A stretch of DNA of 64,000 bases from NCBI GenBank assembly GCA_963700985.1, contig OY969554.1, positions 1,504,001-1,568,000 on the forward strand, in the 5' to 3' direction. The notes below the pieces were generated by a model that was not told where the DNA came from, made no database searches, and worked only from the letters and a program-made list of their open reading frames with translations. The DNA is from an uncultured Chlamydiales bacterium. Lineage in GTDB: Bacteria > Chlamydiota > Chlamydiia > Chlamydiales > Rhabdochlamydiaceae. Shown one piece after another: positions 57,557 to 64,000 of this stretch (positions are counted from its first letter, which is position 1; the number at the start of each line of letters is the position of its first letter). The translations under genes were made by a program, and so were the position numbers.

Positions 57557-58122
57557 CGGATTTTCACGGGTTCTCGTTTAATAATTTGCATGGCGACTTC
57601 GAACATCTCTTCATCGCCTTGATTCAGCTGTTTAGCTAGATTGAAGCTTTTAATGGTGAGCTGAGGAGAAAACTCCTCTGGGAGAAATACTCCTATAGGC
57701 ACACCCTCGATTAAGCTTAAAACTTTTTTTAGCTCTTCTTCATTCAGCATGACCGGCTGTTTAAGCTTAACATCCGCCTCTTCTAGCTGATCCGAGCTTT
57801 TAGGGTTTTCTTCGAGAAACTGCAGGCGGTTTTCGCCTCCTCCCCGCGCTGGATAAGGGGAGACAAAGGCCAGACTTTCGAGGTTGGTCTCTAAGAAATT
57901 GTCTGTGCCCTTTTTAATTTTAGTCATCAGCTCGCGTTCTTTTTGTTTCTGCTCAGCAAGCTGCTGGCATCTATGCTCAAGGCTTGCCACCTGAAGACGT
58001 TTTTCGCTTATATCCTGCATCTGGAAAAAAAAGAGTCCCAAAATGCAGAGCAGCGGAAACGGGGCTATGCCCAGCAAGAGAAAAGGCATCACATCTTTTT
58101 TGAGAAGCGCTAGCAATTTCAT
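57553..58122 (-). CDS. Bitopic membrane protein, GspM/PilO-like (CT647-like)
   Basis: TM, coiled coil, then ferredoxin-like alpha/beta pattern; ATG overlaps the upstream stop. Confidence 0.6.
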   Translation of the reverse strand: MKLLALLKKDVMPFLLLGIAPFPLLCILGLFFFQMQDISEKRLQVASLEHRCQQLAEQKQKERELMTKIKKGTDNFLETNLESLAFVSPYPARGGGENRLQFLEENPKSSDQLEEADVKLKQPVMLNEEELKKVLSLIEGVPIGVFLPEEFSPQLTIKSFNLAKQLNQGDEEMFEVAMQIIKREPVKIR

Positions 58123-59501
58123 CTTTTCACGCTTTTTAAATAAAAGGAGGCTCGATACATATTCTGCTCTACGCTCCAAGTTACTTCTGGTTTGGGATTC
58201 ACTAGATCATCTCCCTTCAGTAGCGCCTCTCGAAAGAGTCTGGCAGCAGCAGGAGTTGAAGCCGTAAATTTAAGTTCCACCTTGGCGAGATAGGGCTCTC
58301 GAGCGCCCGTCAATTTTGGGTATTTAGCTAAATCGTAATGCACTTCCTTCATGTCGATCTCCTCAGAAAGAAGTGGATGCGCACACAGCCACGCTAAGAC
58401 ATCACTTACCCTAGGAGCTGTAGAGACAATGGGAAAGGGGATCTTCTCTTTAGACAACGCCTCTTCACACTGAGCGATGCCGTCGTTTAGATTTTCAAAG
58501 CTAGCGTTTTTGGCTAAGGTAAAACTTGCGAGTTTCTGTTTGAGCGAGCTCTCTTGTTGCCCAATAATTAGATGGCCTGCCGTTAAAAGGGCAACAGTTA
58601 GAGTCGCACAGATAGAGAGATAGTAAATGTAGAGGCGGTTTAATTTTTTCAGTTTACGAGGAGAAGCAAGCTCGGCTTGGCGGAATTCTACCGGAGTAGA
58701 TGTGTTGGCCATGCCTTCTAAGGCAAGTCCGATTGGGATGGCAAACGCGAAGAGCTCCGAAGAATCGAAAGGGGCGATTACTGCAGCGCCAAGATTTTTT
58801 TCGACATAATCTTTAAGATCGAATGGAAAGGTAGAAGCGCCAGTTAAAAGAAGTTTTTCAGGCATAAGAGCCGGGGGAGTCTTTTTTTTCAAAAAGGAGA
58901 AGGCGCGGTCCATCTCCTTTTGCAGCAAAAGCTCAGAAAAATTTTGTATTCCCAGAGAAAAAGCGTAAACCTGTTGGAGCTTGCCCTCTAAGATTAACCC
59001 GCAAAAACTCTTCTCATACCCGATATGGAGAAAAATAAGATTTGGTTGCTCAGGAAAAAAGTGGTGCGCAAAACGCGCGATGGCGGCAGGGGCGCAAGAG
59101 ACCTGATCAGGATCGAGATTTAGAGACTGCAGCTTAGCCAAATGCTGCTCTACATTAGCTTTAGTGGTGGCCAAAAGCGATATATCGCATTCGCCTCTGC
59201 CCTTCTTTGCAAAAAAAGGTAAAAGAATTGTTTCTTCAGGAGGATAGGGAAGAGCCGCTTCGGCTTGAAAAGGCAAAATTTTACGAATAGCATGGCGGCT
59301 TCTCATTTTGAGAGAGAGCTTGCGCACCATCAGCTCATCGCTTCCTAGCCCGGAAATGATCTTTGCATCTGGGCTTGGAAGATCGCCTGGCAGAAGCTCT
59401 TCGCTCTCTTTGAGCAGTCTGATTTCGACAGTTTTTTTATTTTGTCTCAGGCTGGCGCATTGCAGCTTGCCCCCTTCTACAAAAATCCCAAAGCTATCCA
59501 T
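58119..59501 (-). CDS. GspL/PilM-PilN-like protein (CT646-like)
   Basis: Actin-like cytoplasmic domain (RKLSLK...ILPFQAEAALPY, LDPDQVS, FLHIG..KS, LLLTG, AIPIGLAL), one TM and a periplasmic domain. Confidence 0.7.
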   Translation of the reverse strand: MDSFGIFVEGGKLQCASLRQNKKTVEIRLLKESEELLPGDLPSPDAKIISGLGSDELMVRKLSLKMRSRHAIRKILPFQAEAALPYPPEETILLPFFAKKGRGECDISLLATTKANVEQHLAKLQSLNLDPDQVSCAPAAIARFAHHFFPEQPNLIFLHIGYEKSFCGLILEGKLQQVYAFSLGIQNFSELLLQKEMDRAFSFLKKKTPPALMPEKLLLTGASTFPFDLKDYVEKNLGAAVIAPFDSSELFAFAIPIGLALEGMANTSTPVEFRQAELASPRKLKKLNRLYIYYLSICATLTVALLTAGHLIIGQQESSLKQKLASFTLAKNASFENLNDGIAQCEEALSKEKIPFPIVSTAPRVSDVLAWLCAHPLLSEEIDMKEVHYDLAKYPKLTGAREPYLAKVELKFTASTPAAARLFREALLKGDDLVNPKPEVTWSVEQNMYRASFYLKSVKR

Positions 59502-59636
59502 ATTAATCTGTGGCTATTCTAGTTACATATAGAGTCTACCTCTTGAGGACAGTCAAAGCCAAGCATTTCTAGTTAAGAAATTATTATTAGGACAAGGCCT
59601 ACATAAAAAAACGCGCACGTGTTAAGATCTAAAACC

Positions 59637-59888
59637 ATGTTAGCCTATCTCATTCATCTAGTTTTTCTCGCATACACACTGATGATCTTCGTCAGAGTGG
59701 TGGGTTCCTGGTTCTCCTCAGTGGCAGGCCACCCTATCATGCATTTTGTCAGCCGCTTTACCGATCCTTACTTGAATACTTTTCGTAAGCTTATTCCTCC
59801 GATTGGCGGATCGTTCGACTTAAGCCCTCTTTTAGGGTTTTTTGCCTTGCAGATCGGCGAGCAATTTCTTCTCAGTTTTTTTCGATAA
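59637..59888 (+). CDS. yggT: YggT family membrane protein
   Basis: Y..MIFVRVVGSWF and TDPYLN.FRKLIPPIGG.FDLSPL. Confidence 0.92.
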   Translation: MLAYLIHLVFLAYTLMIFVRVVGSWFSSVAGHPIMHFVSRFTDPYLNTFRKLIPPIGGSFDLSPLLGFFALQIGEQFLLSFFR

Positions 59889-59890
59889 AT

Positions 59891-60157
59891 ATGGAAGAGC
59901 TGCACGCGATTGTTACAGGAAAAGTTCAGGGCGTCGGCTTTCGCGCAACGGTCAAATACCTTGCCAATGAATTGAATCTCAAAGGGTTTGCTCGCAATCT
60001 GGCCGATGGCTCGGTAGAGATATGTGCGCATGGAGAGAAAAAGAATCTCGAACAACTCATCCTGCGTTTAAAAGAAGAGTTTAAAATTCGCATCAAAAAC
60101 ATCGATCTAAACTATCGGGTTCTCTCTCAACCCTATCAAAGTTTCAAGATTCTATAA
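59891..60157 (+). CDS. acyP: Acylphosphatase
   Basis: VTGKVQGVGFR and GFARNLADGSVEI. Confidence 0.95.
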   Translation: MEELHAIVTGKVQGVGFRATVKYLANELNLKGFARNLADGSVEICAHGEKKNLEQLILRLKEEFKIRIKNIDLNYRVLSQPYQSFKIL

Positions 60158-60177
60158 GACAGCTTCTAAGATAAAAG

Positions 60178-60301
60178 TAACAGGATGAGCAGGATCGGCT
60201 TGCCGCCGACAGGATATGCAAGATGGGGGGAGATACTTCCCATCCTACTTATCCTGCCGCGCCGCTATGCGGCGATCCTGCCAGCGCAGCGGATCCTGTA
60301 A
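60178..60301. mobile_element. Modular AGGAT/ATCCT palindromic element (MITE/REP-like), copy 2
   Basis: TAACAGGAT...ATCCTGTAA ends; shares ACAGGATATGCAAGATG and ATCCTACTTATCCTG with copy 1. Confidence 0.7.
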
Positions 60302-60364
60302 ATATTTTTAACTCCATAATTTCAAAGGTTTTCAGGGTCTTTTAAAGCCTGCAGAAAATATTTT

Positions 60365-60402
60365 ACTCAGTATACTGAGTGAAATCACTCAATGCATTGA
60401 GT
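60365..60402. promoter_or_regulatory. Tandem perfect 16-bp palindromes (ACTCA-N6-TGAGT x2)
   Basis: ACTCAGTATACTGAGT and ACTCAATGCATTGAGT, 22 bp apart, just upstream of ATG 60418. Confidence 0.65.
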
Positions 60403-60417
60403 AAATTCTGGATTCCA

Positions 60418-60726
60418 ATGAAAAAACGACCTATTTTTCATCAACTTCTTGAGCGATTACAAGAGCCACGTAAATTTATTCAGGTACTTCTTGGCCCAAG
60501 ACAGGTAGGGAAAACAACCCTTGCTCTTCAGGCAGCAAAAGCTATTGATAAACCGTGTCATTACATTTCAGCTGATTTAGCAACACTGCAAGATCTGGCC
60601 TGGTTGCAACAGCAATGGGAAGTTGCTAGGAATTTGGTCAAAACACGTAAGAGCAGAATGCTATCAGAGGTCGGTTACTTCGCGATTTTCGAAGATTTCC
60701 AGAAGGCGTGCGATGTTGGTAGATGA
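60418..60726 (+). pseudogene. Truncated AAA_14/DUF4143-type ATPase (N-terminal fragment)
   Basis: KFIQVLLGPRQVGKTTL Walker A and W..QQWE.AR, then homology is lost near 60650 before Walker B; reads into the antisense of the NYN gene. Confidence 0.7.
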
Positions 60727-61149
60727 GTCGGCGAAGGCTCTTTGCAAATCTCTGTTTTGATGCCTAGCTTTTCTTTTAAGTAGGAGAGCAAAAAAATCCG
60801 CAAAGTTCATCGGAGCTGCCCCTAGCTGCTTGGCCTTGCGCAGAAGCTCTCGATCGGCGGAGACCACCGTCTGTTGTTTAGGCTGTTTAGAGTTGCAGAT
60901 TTTTTCCAGAATATACTCATCTGCGCTTAGGCCTTCCGAGGTAAAAATGACTTCAACGGCCTCAAGGTGACGGCGGCTAACCCCAGCAAGTTTTTTTTCA
61001 GCGCTATCAAAGATAATGATCACATTGATCTGCGCTTCGGCAACCTCATCATCAAGAGTTTTGAGAAAACGTTCGCGCGTTCGTTGAAGTGGACGGGGCG
61101 CCTTTACTAGGCGAAATAATAGGTTGTATCCGTCTACTATGTAGTGCAT
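60664..61149 (-). CDS. YacP-like NYN/PIN-domain RNase
   Basis: YIVDGYNL, IIIFD, VIFT..G.SADEYI and VVSADREL. Confidence 0.88.
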   Translation of the reverse strand: MHYIVDGYNLLFRLVKAPRPLQRTRERFLKTLDDEVAEAQINVIIIFDSAEKKLAGVSRRHLEAVEVIFTSEGLSADEYILEKICNSKQPKQQTVVSADRELLRKAKQLGAAPMNFADFFALLLKRKARHQNRDLQRAFADSSTNIARLLEIFENREVTDL

Positions 61150-61182
61150 ATAATTGCTGTTTTTCTGTTATTATCTTCGTTC

Positions 61183-62457
61183 ATGAAACGTCTATTGGGT
61201 CTGTTTTTAATTCCGTTTTTATTCTCTTTGCCGCTTCGCGCAGAGCAGGTCTCGCTGGCGGAGATGATCGATATCGCCCTCAAAAATAATCCAAAAACAC
61301 AAAAAGCGTGGGCCAATACCAAACGCGCTCAGGCAGCCCTCGGTATTGCTCAAGGTAGCAACTATCCATATCTCGATGCAACGGGAAGTGTGATGCACGG
61401 GCGTGAAGTAAAATTTCCTAATGGACCTAACACCAAATATACATTCTACTCCGGAGAGCTTAGCTTAGCTTACCTCCTATATGATTTTGGTGAGAGAAGC
61501 GCAGCGATCCAGGCTACCAGAGAAGCGCTTAAAGCGGCTAATTGGATGTCTGATTTTACAATGCAAGAGGTTGTCTACAAAGTTTTTGCAAGCTACTACG
61601 AATATTTAAATGCCGAAGAGCTCCTGCGTATGAAGGAGTGCACGCTTTCAGATACGCAGATCGTGCTAGGGTCGGCTGATGATATGCATAAAGCCGGACT
61701 CCATTCTGCTACGGATTTAAGCACAAGCAGAGCTGAAGTTGCACATGTTCAGATGGATGTAGTGCAACAACGCGCGCGCGTTGCCATCGCTTATGGACGG
61801 CTTTTGACAAGTCTTGGGCTGCCGCTTGAAACTGTTTTACAAGTGGAAACGCAACCTGCAGGCATAAATAATCCGCTTTTTTCTGAGGGAATTCCCAGTC
61901 TGATTGCGCTAGCTGAAGAGCAGCGGGCAGATCTTATGGCGCAAAAAGCACGCGTAGCAGAAATGCATCAGCTGGTCAAAAAAGCCAGCCGGGCTCCCTT
62001 GCCAAAAGTGCGAGCTTTGGGTCAAGGCGGCTGGCTTGAATATACTAGGCATCATGGTAGTGGATATAATTACAACGTGGGTGTTGCAGTTGAAGTGCCT
62101 ATCTTTAAAGGCTTTGAATATATGTATCGCAAGCGCCTTGCGATTGCCGACGAGCAGCTCAGCGCAGCCGAATTGATCGAGATGCAAGACCTGGTCGCTC
62201 TGGAAGTTTTAACTTACAGTGAATCGCTCAAAGCTGCCCAAGAAGCATTTCAGTGGAGCTGTCAATATTTAGACGAGTCGAGCAAGTCATATGAAAGCTC
62301 GATGGAAAGATATAAGAATGGCTTACAAAATATCTTCGATCTTATCCAGGCGCAGCGCCTTCTGGCTGACGCGCGCATTAGAAAAACACAAGCGTATACG
62401 CAGTGGCTGGTATCGCTAGCAGAGCTGGCCTTTGCAACCGGGAGCATCACAAAATGA
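61183..62457 (+). CDS. TolC-family outer-membrane efflux protein
   Basis: IDIALKNNP, YP.L, LYDFG, PIFKG and RYKNGL..IFDLIQAQ. Confidence 0.9.
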   Translation: MKRLLGLFLIPFLFSLPLRAEQVSLAEMIDIALKNNPKTQKAWANTKRAQAALGIAQGSNYPYLDATGSVMHGREVKFPNGPNTKYTFYSGELSLAYLLYDFGERSAAIQATREALKAANWMSDFTMQEVVYKVFASYYEYLNAEELLRMKECTLSDTQIVLGSADDMHKAGLHSATDLSTSRAEVAHVQMDVVQQRARVAIAYGRLLTSLGLPLETVLQVETQPAGINNPLFSEGIPSLIALAEEQRADLMAQKARVAEMHQLVKKASRAPLPKVRALGQGGWLEYTRHHGSGYNYNVGVAVEVPIFKGFEYMYRKRLAIADEQLSAAELIEMQDLVALEVLTYSESLKAAQEAFQWSCQYLDESSKSYESSMERYKNGLQNIFDLIQAQRLLADARIRKTQAYTQWLVSLAELAFATGSITK

Positions 62458-63533
62458 TAAGAAAACACATAGCTGCATTTATTCTGGCGCTGGCATTAGC
62501 CGGCTGTGGCAAAAGCTCTCCAAAAGATCAGGCTGGATTTGTGCCGCCTCCTGTGCCTGTGCGCTTAGTCGAGATTGTCGTGCGTGATGTGCCGCTTTAT
62601 TTTGAAGAGATCGGAACGATCACACCTTTCCAAACAGCCGAAGTCAAGCCTCAGGTAAATGGATTAATTCAAGAAGTCCATTTTAAAGAGGGCGAATGGG
62701 TTGAGAAAGGAGATCTTCTCTACACCATCGATGAAGCTGCTTATGCGATCAAAGTCCAAGAAGTGCAGGCGCTCCTCGCCCAAAATCTAGCAAATCTAAA
62801 CAACGCCAAGAAAAAATTGGAGCGTTACCAGAGCCTTTTAAAACAGGATCTTATTGCCAAAGTGGAGTGGGATGAGCTGGAGACGCATGTGGCTTTAAAC
62901 GAATCTATGGTTAAAGCCGATCAAGCACGCCTTGCGCATGCCCATTTAGATCTCGGCCATTGCCGCATTGTGGCCCCAATATCTGGACGTACAGGTAAAA
63001 CGGCTTTACAAGCGGGCAATATGGCGGCTATGGGCACAACGCTCGTCACGCTTTCTCAGGAAAAAACTCTTTATGTCGATTTTTCTCTAACGGAAAAAGA
63101 GCTTCAGCAGCTTCCCTCCACCACGCCTTCTCTTGCCATCTTTGCAGCTGGCGGAGAGGAGTGCTTAGCCGAAGGAGCGGTAACTTTCTTAGACCATACG
63201 ATTGACGCACAGTCGGGCATGCTCTCTGCCCGCGGGCTCTTATCAGTTAAACATAAGCCTCTCTGGTCAGGCCAATCCGTTCGTGTGCATCTCTTTTTCG
63301 GAAAGAAAGATCAAGCCAAACTCATTCCGCTCAAAGCGATTAAAACAAATCAGCATGGCTCCTATGTCTTTTCAGTTAAGGCAGATAAAACAGTGGAGAT
63401 GCGCACTGTGAAACTCGGTCCAGAAGAGAAAGGCATGATCGTGGTCGAAGAAGGGCTCGATGGCGCTGGCAAAATTGTCACGGAAGGACAGATGCGTCTT
63501 TTCCCCGGATCAACAGTTGAGGAAGTGCAGTAA
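62454..63533 (+). CDS. RND efflux periplasmic adaptor (MdtA/AcrA-like lipoprotein)
   Basis: Lipobox LAGC, VKPQVNGLI..VHFKEG..VEKGDLL, IVAPISGRTG and V.EGQ. Confidence 0.93.
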   Translation: MIRKHIAAFILALALAGCGKSSPKDQAGFVPPPVPVRLVEIVVRDVPLYFEEIGTITPFQTAEVKPQVNGLIQEVHFKEGEWVEKGDLLYTIDEAAYAIKVQEVQALLAQNLANLNNAKKKLERYQSLLKQDLIAKVEWDELETHVALNESMVKADQARLAHAHLDLGHCRIVAPISGRTGKTALQAGNMAAMGTTLVTLSQEKTLYVDFSLTEKELQQLPSTTPSLAIFAAGGEECLAEGAVTFLDHTIDAQSGMLSARGLLSVKHKPLWSGQSVRVHLFFGKKDQAKLIPLKAIKTNQHGSYVFSVKADKTVEMRTVKLGPEEKGMIVVEEGLDGAGKIVTEGQMRLFPGSTVEEVQ

Positions 63534-64000
63534 TGAATCTTTCTGGTCCATTTATCAAAAGACCTGTGATGACCACGATCGTCATGGCGACGATTATCCT
63601 GATGGGTATTTTAGCTTTTCGTAAGCTACCTGTAACCGATCTGCCCAATGTCGATTATCCCATGGTAACTGTCAGCGCGGGGTATGCGGGTGCCAGCCCA
63701 GAAGTGATGTCACAAACAGTTGCCACGCCGATTGAAAAAGAGCTGGTAAACATCAATGGCATTAAAAATATCATGTCGCAAAGTAGCCGTGGTTTTACAT
63801 GGATTACGCTGCTGTTCGAGCTCGATCGCGATCTAAATGATGTGATTCAGGATGTGCAAGCTGCACTTAAAAAAGCTGAAAGCGCGCTACCTCAAGATCT
63901 CGATCCAAAGCCCACCTATCGCAAAGCTAATGATCATCAAGAAGCGATCATCTATCTTGTGCTTACTTCGCCTACGGCTTCGCTTTCCGAGCTTTATGAT
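63533..64000 (+). CDS. RND efflux permease (MdtB/C-AcrB family), 5' part; runs off window end
   Basis: Manual translation MNLSGPFIKRPVMTT...FRKLPVTDLPNVDYP...YAGASPEVMSQTVATPIEKEL. Confidence 0.93.
   Translation, partial: MNLSGPFIKRPVMTTIVMATIILMGILAFRKLPVTDLPNVDYPMVTVSAGYAGASPEVMSQTVATPIEKELVNINGIKNIMSQSSRGFTWITLLFELDRDLNDVIQDVQAALKKAESALPQDLDPKPTYRKANDHQEAIIYLVLTSPTASLSELYD

Noticed and set aside
60418-61149. ATPase + NYN nuclease as a defence system
   Set aside because: The genes are convergent, the ATPase is truncated, and the NYN protein is of the housekeeping YacP type
1-64000. CRISPR array, cas genes, retron/RT, integrase, transposase or rRNA
   Set aside because: No regularly spaced direct repeats with unique spacers and no diagnostic protein motifs; the AGGAT elements are inverted repeats with ~9-nt units, not CRISPR

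Overview
Chromosomal segment of an environmental chlamydia (phylum Chlamydiota; Parachlamydiales/Simkania/Rhabdochlamydia-like). The assignment is inferred from chlamydia-type sigma66 RpoD, MOMP-like and CT623-like outer-membrane proteins, chromosomal pGP5/pGP6-D homologues after thrS, and conserved chlamydial gene order. Most of the window is core genome: T2SS gspD/gspE, mutY, mreC, aspC, rpoD, rpsT, dacB, recDBC, thrS, purB, dapA, ung, ispA, recA, glk, oppA, ygfA and an RND efflux operon, plus tRNA-Ala(GGC) and tRNA-Pro(GGG), each followed by a small AT-rich accessory insert. I saw no CRISPR array, integrase, transposase, reverse transcriptase or rRNA. The most notable signals are: (1) a candidate oriC at about 47.23-47.43 kb with B. 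subtilis-like basal-unwinding architecture; (2) a modular (C)AGGAT/ATCCT(G) palindromic element family with two ~125-bp copies carrying swapped GC-rich inserts and one collapsed copy; (3) in-frame DNA palindromes inside a Bro-N gene and a convergent DinD remnant that encode nearly the same peptide on both strands; (4) a sigma54-type promoter ahead of an orphan FlgN-like gene and two TagF-like glycerophosphotransferases; (5) a 957-aa hypothetical with a possible papain/calpain-type Cys-His-Asn triad; and (6) candidate GspC/L/M genes completing a split chlamydial T2SS. All calls were made by eye from motifs. No database search was run, and Chlamydia CT-number comparisons are from memory.
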